NCBI GenBank assembly: GCA_051294375.1
Contig: JBJCIZ010000239.1
Span: forward strand, 2,064,581 to 2,128,580
Reading direction: 5' to 3'
Source of the DNA: Paraspadella gotoi
Lineage: Eukaryota; Animalia; Chaetognatha
DNA: 64,000 nucleotides
The notes beneath the pieces were generated by a model that saw nothing but the letters and a program-made list of their open reading frames with translations, was not told the DNA's origin and searched no databases. Positions 14,184 to 26,812 of the stretch are shown here, one piece after another. Position 1 is the stretch's first letter, and each line of letters starts with the position of its first letter. Both the position numbers and the translations under genes were made by a program.

Positions 14184-17058
14184 GGTGATGAAAGGAGTGG
14201 CGGGAGGGGAGAAAAGAGAGAGAGAGAGGAGGAGAGAGAGAGAGAGAGAGAGAGGAGACTCGACCGAACGGAGCGGGGTCTTCTTCGCTAACATAAGGTG
14301 TCGCCTTCTCCTGCGTAGAATTAGAAGCCGTCGTTTTAAAAAAAAAAGAAAATTAAATGCATATATATCTTCCTTCTTTCAAATTAGTTAATTTGGTCGT
14401 CGTTATCGTCCAGATTATCGTCGTCACCGTCGTCATCTTATGCTTTTTTTAAATGTTTTTTAAAAATTGTTTCTCCTAAGAAACTTTGTGCATGAGTTGT
14501 TTGTATCACTCCCCGTCCCGCACGGATACCGCGAAACCCCCTCTGACGGGGAAAAAAATGGTTTTTTTCTTTTATTTTTTCGATTTTAAATTTTTTTCGT
14601 CAATAACATTTTGTTTGGTTTTTTTTGTAGTTTTTTTTTCATTTTTTTTGAGACGCCGCCGGCGCGAAAGGAAAACCGTGACCCTCCTGAAAAACGAATA
14701 TTTCGGAAAAATTAATTAAAAATATAAATGAAAGTTGGTTTTAAAAAATTCAGTTAAAAAAAAAAAAAACAACAGAAAAAAAAGTTTAAAGTTCTTCCCA
14801 ACATAAAATAAAATGGTTTCGATCAGATTTTGTGAACTGAAAAAAGAAGTAATGACGAAGGAAAAATCGATAAGAATTGAAAGAAAAAGACGACTATGAC
14901 GACGACGCTTTTGAAGACGACAACAAAACGACACCGAAGGACGATACGACACGAGAGCGGGGACACTGAGAGACGATAAACACGGACAGCGAACGACGTA
15001 CAACCAAAACAAGCAACAATTTCCTTCCGTGAAGAAAAAAGTCATCAGTGAAAAAAAAGAGTTTTTTAATACAACTTTTTTTCCCAAGTGAAAGAAAAAA
15101 AAAAATTAATGGAAATGAAGAAAGAGAGTGTGTAGATAAGAAAGCAGAAACAGAAAAAGAGAGAAAAGGGAGAGAGAGAAGAGAGAGGGAGGAGAGACAG
15201 AGAGAGAGAGATTGAGAGAAAAAGAAAAAAATAATTTATTTTTCTCTCTGCGTTGTATCCTTCCGTTTACAGCAGGTTAAAAAGGAAAAGCCGCGTCTCT
15301 TTCGGACGGCCAGAGGGACCAAAGAGAGAGAGAGAGAAAATAGAGAGAAGAGAGAGAGAGGAGAGAGAGAGTAGAGAAGAAGAGAGAGAGAGAGAGCTAA
15401 TCTTCAAGGGAAACAAATAATATTGAAAGGAATTATAGAAAATGATAGTCTTCACCCGGGGACCTCTTCTGGAGAGAGAGAGGTGAGAGAAGGTGAGAGA
15501 GGAGGAAGAGGAAGAGGAAAGAGAGGGTAAAGACGAGTAGAGAGGAAAGAGAGAGAAAAAGAGGTTGAGAGAGAAAAGAAGAAGAGGAGAGAAAAAAAGG
15601 TCCATGAGAGAAGAGGAGATGAAGAAAAGAGAGATGAAAGGAGGAGAGAGAGAGGAAGAAGGAGAGAAGAAAAGAGGACAGAAAAAAAGAGCGAGAAGAG
15701 GAGAGAAAGAAAAGAGAGAGGAAGAAGGAGAGAGAGAAAAGAGAGAGGAAGAGGAGAGAAAAAAAAAGAGAGGAAGAGAGGAGAGGAGAAAAGAGAGAGG
15801 AGGAGAGAGAAAAGAAAGAGGAAAAAGGACAGAGAGAAAAGAGAGAGAAGAGGAGATGATAGAAAAGAGAGAGGAAGAAGTAAGAGAGAAAGAGATAGAA
15901 GAGGAGAGAGAGACAATAGAGAGGGAGAGAGAGAGAGGAGAGACAGGGTAGAGGAACAATAAAAAATAGAGGAAGTGGACGAGACTTTTTTTCTTTCTTT
16001 GGTTTCCGTCGCCTGCGACGCGTGAACAAAACGACGAAATAAGCAGTAAGCTTTTTTTTTTTTTATAATTGAAAGGTCCCTTGGCGTTATTTCCGCCTTT
16101 TTGGAAAGCTGAAAGGCGAGGACTTGCGTTTTTAATTTATTTTGTCGCCCTGAGTTCGAGATCAGAAAGCCGAGTGCGGGTGTGGTTGGTGTTTTTCCGA
16201 TTGGTTGCCTGATTTCGAGTTCCCTCGCCCGGCTTTGGCTTTTTTGATCGGACGCCCCCTGATTCGATTAAGAGCATTCTTTGCTTTTTTTTTGAAATGT
16301 CTGCCTGATTCCGATTCATCGGTCTTAGCTTTTTTTTTTTTTCCGGCCTGAAAACCAAATAACGAATTAAAAAATAAAGCTTTTTTTTGCTGGAATTGAA
16401 ATTTTCAATAATTGTGGAGCGAATGAAAGAAAAAGTAATGAGGAGAACGCTGGCTGTCGGACTAATTAGGCGATATCGTCAAAACCTGATTTTGACGAAC
16501 GTAAAATAGATATTTATTTTATTCCCGCCGGCGCCGTCGAATTAATTAAAAGCAGGTTTTCCCTCAGGCGGGAATATTATTTAGGGGTCACAACAAGTGA
16601 AAACGCCCCGGTGGGAATTTTGGTTTGGGTTGGATCGGAGTACATGCTTTGATAAAGTAAATAATTTGAACGAAAATAATGTACGGATCAACCCTGGGAA
16701 ACAAAAAAAAACAAGACCGTTTTTTAATTTTGGCGTTCCTAATGTCAAGTCTTAACGGTGAACTGTTGCAACTTTAATGTTCAGTTCTATTTTATTCCAA
16801 TATGGTTTTTGTCAAATAAAAATAACTTTACCGTTTTGAAAAGATTAAAAAATTTTTTTGCCCCAGTGATCGTAATTTTTGAAAAACCGGTTTTCCTAAC
16901 CTTTTCTAAAAAATAAACGTGCAAGTATAATAAAGAATATTTTTAAAGGGGTTTTAAGAATGGCCATATAAGTGATATAACGAAAACCGGATAGAGAGAG
17001 AGAGAGAGAGAGAGAGGGAGAAGAGAGAAAGAAGAGAGAGAGAGAAGAGAGAGAAGAA

Positions 17059-17094
<36 letters not shown>

Positions 17095-18954
17095 AAACAA
17101 TCAGCTTTTTCCGAAGGGATTAAATTTTTCTTTCTTTTTTTTTTCGGGGATTCGCAATCAAACCAACGCGATTCATTTATTCAAATTGATCGGAACTGAA
17201 GATAGAACGACCCCATGGCAATGCTCCCAAAAGGAAAATGGCATGGAATGCTTAAAGGAAAATGAAAAAAATGACGGTGGAGAAACAACATGAATGCCGG
17301 AAGGAAGGAACAAGGAAGAAATTGACTTGGAATGCCCATGGATGACGGGATTAGATGCCAACGGCATCATATGCCAATTGACAGGCATCGGGAATGATGA
17401 ACACAGGAACGGATAACGATTTAAAAAAAAGAAAAAAAAAACAGCATTTAATTCCAACGGAGAACGGCCACTGGAATGCTAAAGTAAAACCGGCATTCGC
17501 ATTTACCAATGAGAACGGCATAAAATTCCGAAAAAGAAACAGGCAATCGGAATGCCCGGAAGGAGAGCAGCATCGAATTGGAAATTATTACCTACTCGTT
17601 TTATATCCCGGAAACAAATTTTTTCTAATTCGGATGAAAAATTGGATTCAATTTTTCGTTGGTTTTGAGCTGCCACAAATTTTCTCAGCGGGGGAGGGGG
17701 GGGGGGCAGGGAGAAAAAACCGATGGTCGTAGTAATATTTGAGTTATGTTTACATTAATTTGTTTTGTGGTGATAATAATTGTGAGGCACAAAAGGGAAT
17801 AGCCTATGACAGACTAACGCCGTATTTTTTCAATGTTGATTTAATAATATTTTCACATTGAGTGGATTTAATTATATTATCTATATATAATTATCGGATA
17901 TATTATCTATATGAGCTATCAAATGCCCCTGTGTTCCGATTATTGAATGGCATTTGCCTTGGCATTGCACTTTATTTTTGGCGATCCCGATCATTTGGAA
18001 CAAAGTTCAGCCCGTGTTTTAAAAACAACTCTTTATAAAAAAGAATCCCGCGAGGTGCGCTTTTTTTCTTCCCCATCGCGCAGGTGACGAAATATAACAA
18101 CACAATGATCCGCGAAAAATTAAAAATCTACCGGGTTGATCCACAAAAGGATCATTCTTAAGACCTTTTATTTTGTGGAAACCGTTCATTATTTCCGCAC
18201 CACGAAATGTAAGTTTTTTTTTTGGTTTCTTTTTTTTATAAATAAAAAGTATATCTTTCTTATTTCTCTCCCTCTCTTTTTTCGGTCCCAAAGCCTGTTT
18301 CCCTTAATACCAATTCAAAATCTCTCTCACTCTCAACCTCTCTCCTCTCTCTCTCTCTCTCTTCCTCTTTGTCAGCTCTCTCTCTCTCCTCGATCTCTCT
18401 CCTCCCTCTCGCTCTTCTCCTTCCCCCTCTCTCTCTCCCTCGTTCCTCTCCCTCTCCTCCCCTTCACTCTCATCTCGCTCCTCTCTTCGCTCTTCTCTCC
18501 CTCTTCTCTCTTCTCTCTTCTCCTCNNNNNNNNNNNNNNNNNNNNNNNNNTTAGGAAGTAGGGTTAGGGACTATAATTTAAGATTAGGGGGAAGGGTTAA
18601 AAATCTGGGATAAGGAAGCTAAGGTTGAGAATTAGGTTAGGATTCTGGATTAAATTTACGGATAAGGTTTCACAATCGGAATTAAAAGAATGATACATAT
18701 GACATACGGCTAAAAAAACATAATAAGAAATTGGGGTTAAGGGATTATATATAATAAAATAATAATTTAAGTTAAGTATTAAATTAAAAGATAGAATTTT
18801 ATAATTAATAAAAGCCTTCGGTAAATAGTGCCCAATTTCAGAATAATTTCACATCATTTAAGCAAAAATCAGTTCAAACCTTATTTTCATCCAACCTCAA
18901 ATCCTCGTCCCTAATCCCTTCCCCGATTCCTAATCCCCAAATTCCCCGACCGAC

Positions 18955-19127
18955 CTGCGCGAATATCGCGCATGACCTTCGTCCCGTCAGCCCCTTCGCA
19001 ACACCACGTCGGCGCGCGACGCCCGAGCGGAAATCGGCGCCCGAGACGCGGAGCCTCGAATTCGAGGAATCGATCGTAAGGAGAATTCCGGTCGCCGAGA
19101 AATGTGACGGCGCCACGAAGTAGACCC
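18955..19127 (-). CDS. LAMC1: Laminin gamma exon 11 (laminin IV/L4 domain)
   Basis: VYFVAPSHF.. is the L4 motif. An L4 domain after the LE repeats distinguishes laminin gamma from netrin. The gene model stops at the gap 18526-18550. Confidence 0.75.
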
Positions 19128-19673
19128 CTTGAAATTTAGGGGGGGGAGGGCGGACGGAAAAAATCATCTTTGTATTTGGAGTTAAGGGGGATTTAGAACG
19201 TAAGTTTTATTATCTTTGACTTGCGAAACGATATTAAATATATAATTGTTGTCGCCGAAAATCGTATTGGAGCTTCGCCTAATTCATTTTTTTCTCGTCT
19301 GTCACTCTTCCCCTCTCTATCTTTTCTCCGCTCCACATTCATTTCCCCATTCAGTCAAAATTAAGACTTGAGACAAAAACATATATAAGAATATATAATA
19401 TTATTCGCAACAATAGGTCAATGAGCAAGAAATTATATTTCCAAATCTTTGATGCCTTTAAGGCTTTCTCCCGATAAGCTCCGTAATATAATTTAAATAT
19501 GTAATCGAAAGTCCTGGTTAAATCGGCGTGTGGCCGATACAAAAGTTAAAGAATAATGTTAATTAATAAGCCTACTGTCCTAAGTTGAATAGTGAAAACA
19601 AATTAAAATATTATTAATAAACAATATATAATGAGATACAATAAATTGGAACTTGAAACATCATTCGACTCAC

Positions 19674-19790
19674 CGAGGATCGACCCGCCTCGCGGGCTTC
19701 GCCTTCAAAGTCCCCGAAGACGAAACTCCAACTCGACGGGCAACTCGGTCGTCGGTCCAGTTATCACACGCCGTCCATCCCTCCGCCGAT
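19674..19790 (-). CDS. LAMC1: Laminin gamma exon 10 (start of L4; indel errors)
   Basis: GC-rich block between a CAG acceptor and a GTGAGT donor reading SAEGWTA.., in the expected position before the L4 YFVAP exon. Confidence 0.6.
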
Positions 19791-20112
19791 CTGGGAGATT
19801 AGAATGGATGGCGTGATTAGAGACAATTAACAGTGCATTTAATAAGATTCAGAACGTGTAAGAATTATACGTTGCTTAGAAAATATAATTTTGCGATCGT
19901 TTATTACATAGCAAAATTGTAAATAAAAAGTAATTTTTCATTATTTTTTTCTGCTTCAAGTTTATTTAGTTTACAATTCTAATTTACTTAGTTATCATAC
20001 TTCAGGAATTTATTTAGTTAATTCTTTAAGTTTTTAAGTAAGAGCTTTTTTTTTTTGGGCCATATAGACAAGATTGATACTGTGACGATCCTTCCCACAT
20101 CCTTAAAACCAC

Positions 20113-20289
20113 CCTCGACGATCTCTCCAAGTCGCCGCGATACCTGGAGAAGTCGGAGACGTCATCAGAAAGCTTCGAATTCTTCGGAAAGACTCGACAT
20201 GAGATGAATGACCGAGCAGAAGCATCTGCGCACCCGAACTCGTCGTCCAGCGGAGGTTGAAGTTGGCCGGGCTTGCACCTTCCACAATC
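20113..20289 (-). CDS. LAMC1: Laminin gamma exon 9 (LE4 into L4; indel errors)
   Basis: DCGRCKPG.FNL..DDEFGC..CFC.GHSS pattern. The 3' boundary is approximate. Confidence 0.72.
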
Positions 20290-20751
20290 CTGAGGTGTAA
20301 GAGAGAGGGAGAGAGAAGAGGTATGAGGAATGGTGGGAGGAAAAAGACAGACGAGAGAGGTTGGCAGAGAGGGAGATAAAAAGGGGAGAGAGAACGGGGG
20401 GGCAATTTAACCCCTAATTTAAATTAAACGTGTTTTGGGTTTTTTTTCTACAATCCTTGAATTCGTCTTAATTTCGGAATCAGGTTATTTTTTAGGTTAA
20501 AGATTATATGATATGATTAAGTTAAGGATTAGGGTTAATGAACCAGAGATTAGAGTTTGGCGTTAAAGATTAGTGTTAGTATAAAAGATTAAGATTAGGT
20601 TGGTAATACAAAGGTAAATACTCGGGTTAAAATTTAGTTCTGGAAAAAGGAAACGAAACGAGGCTCTTTAAGAAATGACAAATTTTTTTCTGTGCCTTAA
20701 CACCTCGAAAATGAAACAATACTCACCTCCCTTCCATCTTTTCCCTCTCAC

Positions 20752-20922
20752 CTGCCCTCTCCACGTTCTTCTTGCAGCGGCACAACTCCGCTGGCTGCGG
20801 CGCAGGACGGATTATGTTGACGGAGCCTGCGGCGGTGCAGGTGCAGCCTTTCGGCACCCCGGTCGAGGAGAAGTCGAAGTGATTGGGAAGACAGGTGTCG
20901 CACTTGGTCGCCCTCCGACGCC
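20752..20922 (-). CDS. LAMC1: Laminin gamma exon 8 (LE repeats; indel errors)
   Basis: GVGG.KCDTCLPNHFDFSSTGC..CTCTAAGSV...CRCKKNVE read across frameshifts; GTGAG donor. Confidence 0.78.
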
Positions 20923-21197
20923 CTTTTGTTTTCCGAGGAAAAGGGGAGGGAAGGCAGATGATTGGTCGCTTGATTTAAGATTCTCTGACAATGCGATTGG
21001 ATCCAAATTTAAGTTTTTTAACACGAGTTAATTTTTTTTGGCGGGGATAAAAATACTGGAAAAATATTAATACGTAAAAGCCTAATATGTTCAATGAGTT
21101 CATTAAAATTACGGCTGAATCCAATTCTTAATCAGATTTCAGTTTAAATATTTAATGAACTCAGTAAGTTTCAACTGGCGTTTGCCGACAGCCTTAC

Positions 21198-21332
21198 CTT
21201 CTTGAAGCGGCACCGCCGCCAACGTCGGCAACTGACTCTAAGCTGCCGAACGGGATTGGCAAGTAGCACGGCAGACAGCCGTCGCCTGCGGGTTCTTGAA
21301 ATAGTCGGCAACGGCACTTTTCGCAGTGCGGA
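21198..21332 (-). CDS. LAMC1: Laminin gamma exon 7 (LE repeats; indel errors)
   Basis: PHCEKC..DYFKNP.GDGCLPCY...PFGSLE; polypyrimidine-CAG acceptor and GTAAG donor. Confidence 0.75.
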
Positions 21333-21728
21333 CTGGGGGAGGGGTAGATGAGAGAGAGGGGTAAGAGAGAGAAAACGGAAGGGGGGAAGGAGATAGAAGA
21401 ATAGGAAGGGAGAGAGAGAAAAGAGAGAGAAAGAGGGAGAGCAAGAAAGGAAAGAAAAAGAGAGGAGAGGAAGGGAGACAGAGAGGGTGAAAAGGGAAAG
21501 AGAAAAGAAGGCAAAAAGAGAGAGAGAGGGAAGGAGAGAAACGGAGAAATGGGGAGAAGGAGTGAGAAAGAGGGAGGCCAGAAAAAAGAGGTAAATAAAG
21601 AACAATTAGCATCATTAATCAATAATCATGTATAAACCCTCCCCCCCAAAAAAAATGGAGTAAATTAGCGATAAAAAATTCCAAATCCTTTTGGAGACAA
21701 ACAATGACAAACCCAAGACCAGACTCAC

Positions 21729-21881
21729 CATCGTGTTCTTCCCGCAGTCGAGGCATCGCCCTCCGCTGCCCGTACGATCGACAATTCCCGATCGATACGT
21801 GCCGTTGACTGAGTCCGTTGCACTTACAGATTCTGCATTCCGTTGGGGTCGGAGGAAGCAGGCCTTGCCCCACGGTCGGTC
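21729..21881 (-). CDS. LAMC1: Laminin gamma exon 6 (LE repeats; indel errors)
   Basis: DRPWGKA...ECRICKCNGLSQ...GSGGRCLDCGKNT read across frameshifts; GTGAGT donor. Confidence 0.8.
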
Positions 21882-22501
21882 CTTTTTTTTTTTTGGGGGG
21901 GAAGGGGTTTTAGGGTTATGGTTAAGTTTTGTTTATATTTTTTGTTTTGTTCTGTTTTGCTTTTTTGTTTTTGCTTTGTTTTTTTCTCTCTTTGTTTTCG
22001 TTAACTTTAGTTGTTTGTTTAAAAAAATTTGTTTTGATGTCTTTCGTTTCTTCTTTAATTTTGGTTGCGTCGTTTTTTTTTTTTTTTATCTTGTTTGCAT
22101 ATTTTTCTTAAGCGAACGACTTTTTTTTAAAAAAAAAAGCTAAACTATTCGTGACCTCCCTTCTCCGGCTCACCGTCGGCGAAACGTCTTAAAGGGTAAA
22201 CAAGACGTGTCCGATAAATATGGCAAAAAAAAAACATCACCAGAACAAAAAGCAGTGGCCCGTATAAAGGTCCATTCCATCGCCCGATTAACCAACACAT
22301 TTTCGAAGTTGTTTTGTTTTTTTTAAACAAAGAGAGAGAAAGAGTGTTAGCTGCGTGAAAGATTTGGGAAGATTACCCCGGGTTGGACCAAAAATTTAAG
22401 CCGAAAGAAGTTTGTTTTTGGTCGTAACTAAAAAATGATTTTGATTCCGTGTTAAGATTGAACCCTTAGCCGTTAGGTATGTCGACCGCGGGAACATTAC
22501 G

Positions 22502-22567
<66 letters not shown>

Positions 22568-22872
22568 CTTCGTCAATTGATGCGACCTAATCTCCTTGGA
22601 ATCGCTGTTGAATTAAAGAATAATCTTTGTTGTCGATCCGTCGAAATCGAAAAAAAAAGAAAAATTTAAAAAGAAGACGGAGAAATAGAGTTTTGTGTGA
22701 ATTAAAAATCGTTTTATGTTATAATAGTAACTTAAAGTTATCTTCTTTTCCCTTCTATTTATTTATACACCTTTTCCCAAAACTTTTTTCCTATTTATCT
22801 TTTTTTCAAAATTTAGTGAATCCCAATAAAACCGCTTAAGAGACAGTAATTATTGTTATGTGTTAGTGATAG

Positions 22873-23047
22873 AACCGTTTCAATATAAGCAGTCCCTGAC
22901 CTTCGATCAGCTGTAACACCAATGTTACAGGCGGGTTTAAGCGCCCCGTCCTCTTAACTGCCAGACGACCACCGGCTAGAACCCCGGACTTTGGATTGGG
23001 AGGCGAATGACTTGCCTCCGGCACCAATAGCCGCTGATGAAACGGTT
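22873..23047 (-). mobile_element. tRNA-derived SINE-like element
   Basis: Minus strand has A-box-like TGGTGCCGGAGG, B-box-like GGTTCTAGCC and an acceptor-like stem GCGGCTA/TGGTCGT, followed by about 90 nt of non-tRNA body. Confidence 0.65.
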
Positions 23048-23497
23048 GGGGAATTTAGTCCAACATACGGCTTATTATTTAAAAACGTCTTATTTTATTT
23101 TTTAAAAATTAAAGATAAGGTTAGAGTAGGGTTATGGATTACGGTTAGGGATTAAGGTTAGGGATTAGTTTAGTTGAATAAAGTTAGGAAGTAGGTTAGG
23201 GAACTATAATTTTAAGATTAGGGGTTAGGGTTAAAAATCTGGGAAAAGGAACTTAAAGGTTAGAAATAAGGTAGGATTCTGGATTAAATTACGGGAATTA
23301 GGTTTCAAGTTTAAAAAAAATATATATAAGTTAAATATTTAAATTTTTAAAGAAAAACAAACTTTTTGAAGTTTGTTCTTCTCTAAATATTAAGCAACAA
23401 TGAAAAGAAAGGATTATCACATTGTAATATTAAATTAAAATTAAATTCTTTAGAGAAAACAAAGTTTTAATTGTGGTACAACAATTTAAATGGAGAA

Positions 23498-23540
23498 TAC
23501 GACATGTTTCGGCTCACATTTCGAGCCTTCATCAAGGCGT
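23498..23540 (-). ncRNA. Hammerhead ribozyme in the inverted pLTR (sense with the laminin pre-mRNA)
   Basis: Reverse complement reads ACGCCTTGATGAAGGCTCGAAATGTGAGCCGAAACATGTCGT. The core has extra bases that may be read errors. Confidence 0.7.
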
Positions 23541-23584
23541 TTGCCATAAAGGACAATATTTGTGAAAAGAAGGGTGAAGAAAGA

Positions 23585-23616
<32 letters not shown>

Positions 23617-23728
23617 TAAAAGGTTTTCCAACAAAGTGGTGAGACAGAATAGTGGGTCAGATGAGAAGAACAGGCTGAAGTTGAGGACAGATTGAGTGAG
23701 TTTGTGAAAAGAAATGAAATTTGTTAGA

Positions 23729-23759
<31 letters not shown>

Positions 23760-24930
23760 GACAACAGGGATAAATAAATAAGTATTAAGATACATTTTGA
23801 TAAATGTACAACAAAAAGTAAAAAGGTCACTTTCTGTCCGCAGTTGCTGACATTCGCAGGACACAGGCCATCTGTTCAGGGAATCAGAAGTTCGTGCTGT
23901 TCCCATGACCCAAACTGGGTTCTCAAAGGTATTAGAGAGGCAATTTACATCAAAGCCCTCGAGCCTCTTTGAACGCGTGGATGGAGGACGATTCCGATCT
24001 CCTCCAAGTTATGAAACGCTTATCAAAAACGTGGTGAGGCCCCGACTCCACCACGCCCGCACAATTATTCCTGTCTCCACTCACGAGACAGGCGGAGACC
24101 CTGCGTCAGGCAATGGGCAAACGATGCCTCTCACTCAAATGAAGCAAACTCAGTCCCTCTCTCTGGCGACTGGGCGCTGCCCAAAACGACGGCTTCAGGA
24201 GGAAGGGAGAGGAGCCACCACTCTGTCACTAAAGCGGCAAGAACGGACAACCGCCCGCCTCGCGCAGCAAAGGCGAGAAGAGGGCAAGCCAGCGGCACAA
24301 CAGGCCAAACGAGAATAAGAGTTGGCTCTGGGAATCTTCCGTCAGGTTCGATACCGCAGTGCAAACATTCACTGGTTCAACCAACACTCTTCCTCTCAGC
24401 CTATGACGCGCTAAATGAACCCTGGCACCAATCGTGCTCTGTTCCTTCATTTGCATATAAAACAAGGGGGCCAGCTCATTTTGAGCTCTTTCTTCTCCTT
24501 AATTTCACTTTCCTATCCTCCTAACTATCAACTATCCTTTTCACATTTCAATTTCATATTCATGTTACTACTTTAGCCTAACTATTAAATTAGATAATTT
24601 GTTAAACTCTTACTGACATTTAAGTTTTCAAATTTTACTTTTGTTGTACACATTAAAAAAATGTATCTTTAATACTTATTTATTTTATCCCTGTTGTCCT
24701 CTCTCTCTCTCTCTCAGTCTCTCTTCTCCTCTCTAACAAATTTCATTTCTTTTCACAACTCACTCAATCTGTCCTCAACTTCAGCCCTGTTTTATCATCT
24801 GACCAACTATCTGTTCTCACCACTTTTGTTGGAAAACTTTAACCTCTATCTCTTCTCTAATCTTCTCTCTCTCTCTCTCCTCTCTCTCCTCACACCCTTC
24901 TTTTTGACACAAATATTTGTCCTTATGGCC

Positions 24931-24972
24931 ACGCTGATGAAGGCTCGAAATGTGAGCCGAAACATGTCCCGT
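24931..24972 (+). ncRNA. Type I minimal hammerhead ribozyme
   Basis: ACG-CTGATGA-A-GGCTC-gaaatgt-GAGCC-GAAA-CATG-TC-(c)CGT: full core, 5-bp stem II, palindromic ACATGT stem III, GTC site, ACG/CGT stem I. Confidence 0.88.
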
Positions 24973-25169
24973 ATCTCCAATTAAATTCGTTTGTACCACA
25001 AATTAAAACTTTGTTTTTCTCTAAATCCTAATAACAACGAAACGAAAGGGTTATCACATCAATTAATTCTTAAAAAAAAAAAAGNNNNNNNNNNNNNNNN
25101 NNNNNNNNNGAACAGAAAGGGGGGACTCTCGGAAAAGAGAGCCCGAAACCCCAACCACCTCGCGCACAC

Positions 25170-25349
25170 CTGATAAAACGGCGCGCATTCCCCGCAGTCC
25201 GTCCCCGTGGTGTTGTGTTCGCAGCGACAGACGAGACGCGCGGGTTGACCGACGCCCGTCGAGTTGACGCAATGGGAGGCGTGGCCGTTGCACTTGCAGC
25301 GCCCTCCGACGGCGAAATCCGAGATGGCGTAGAAGTAGGACTTGAGGAC
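25170..25349 (-). CDS. LAMC1: Laminin gamma exon 5 (end of LN, LE1)
   Basis: 180 nt AG/GT exon: [60 protein letters not shown]. Confidence 0.95.
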
Positions 25350-25719
25350 CTATTTGAGTTTTTTTTTTTTTTTTGAGGGGAGCAAATAATACTGTTAATA
25401 CTGTTAATGATGCTATTTTTTAAAAAATATATTAAACAGAGTGAGTAACAATTTAATAACCACTTATACAATAGGAACCACAAGGGCCATTTAATCCGAT
25501 GTTAACAGCGATAACAAAATCAAAAAAACTTAAGACTTAAAACCATCTACAATAACAATCATAAAAACATTTAAAAAAAAACCCCAAAAAAAACAAAAAA
25601 ACAATAATAATAACTACAAAAAAAAAAACACAACGAAAATAACAACAATAGTAACAACGACCAAAACAGAAACACGGACAAACAACAAGCATCTAATTCC
25701 GACCGACCGACCGACCGAC

Positions 25720-25845
25720 CTTCGGATCCCCAAACACTTCGTCACCGAAAGTGTTGAGTCGATTGAGCGAGACGCGAATTCCGGTCGCGGTGACGAAGTC
25801 TTGGAGTTCGGGCGAATGTTGGAAGTCGTCGCGGGAGGGGCGTCC
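25720..25845 (-). CDS. LAMC1: Laminin gamma exon 4 (5' end lost in N gap)
   Basis: [42 protein letters not shown] followed by a GT donor; NTFGDEVF is a laminin gamma LN motif. Confidence 0.92.
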
Positions 25846-26812
25846 NNNNNNNNNNNNNNNNNNNNNNNNNNNNNNNNNNNNNNNNNNNNNNNNNNNNNNN
25901 NNNNNNNNNNNNNNNNNNNNNNNNNNNNNNNNNNNNNNNNNNNNNNNNNNNNNNNNNNNNNNNNNNNNNNNNNNNNNNNNNNNNNNNNNNNNNNNNNNNN
26001 NNNNNNNNNNNNNNNNNNNNNNNNNNNNNNNNNNNNNNNNNNNNNNNNNNNNNNNNNNNNNNNNNNNNNNNNNNNNNNNNNNNNNNNNNNNNNNNNNNNN
26101 NNNNNNNNNNNNNNNNNNNNNNNNNNNNNNNNNNNNNNNNNNNNNNNNNNNNNNNNNNNNNNNNNNNNNNNNNNNNNNNNNNNNNNNNNNNNNNNNNNNN
26201 NNNNNNNNNNNNNNNNNNNNNNNNNNNNNNNNNNNNNNNNNNNNNNNNNNNNNNNNNNNNNNNNNNNNNNNNNNNNNNNNNNNNNNNNNNNNNNNNNNNN
26301 NNNNNNNNNNNNNNNNNNNNNNNNNNNNNNNNNNNNNNNNNNNNNNNNNNNNNNNNNNNNNNNNNNNNNNNNNNNNNNNNNNNNNNNNNNNNNNNNNNNN
26401 NNNNNNNNNNNNNNNNNNNNNNNNNNNNNNNNNNNNNNNNNNNNNNNNNNNNNNNNNNNNNNNNNNNNNNNNNNNNNNNNNNNNNNNNNNNNNNNNNNNN
26501 NNNNNNNNNNNNNNNNNNNNNNNNNNNNNNNNNNNNNNNNNNNNNNNNNNNNNNNNNNNNNNNNNNNNNNNNNNNNNNNNNNNNNNNNNNNNNNNNNNNN
26601 NNNNNNNNNNNNNNNNNNNNNNNNNNNNNNNNNNNNNNNNNNNNNNNNNNNNNNNNNNNNNNNNNNNNNNNNNNNNNNNNNNNNNNNNNNNNNNNNNNNN
26701 NNNNNNNNNNNNNNNNNNNNNNNNNNNNNNNNNNNNNNNNNNNNNNNNNNNNNNNNNNNNNNNNNNNNNNNNNNNNNNNNNNNNNNNNNNNNNNNCCCTC
26801 AAAAACATCCAC

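Larger units (their letters stand above)
23449..25025 (+). mobile_element. 5'-truncated Penelope-like element with inverted pseudo-LTRs (laminin intron 5)
   Basis: Arms 23449-23825 and 24633-25025 are reverse complements. 23837-24030 reads across indels as SAVA.HSQDTGHLF..EVR...HDPNWFS.GIREAIYIKALEP.LNRDGGRF..PPSYETLI, the PLE GIY-YIG C-terminus. A hammerhead motif lies in the arms. Confidence 0.9.
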
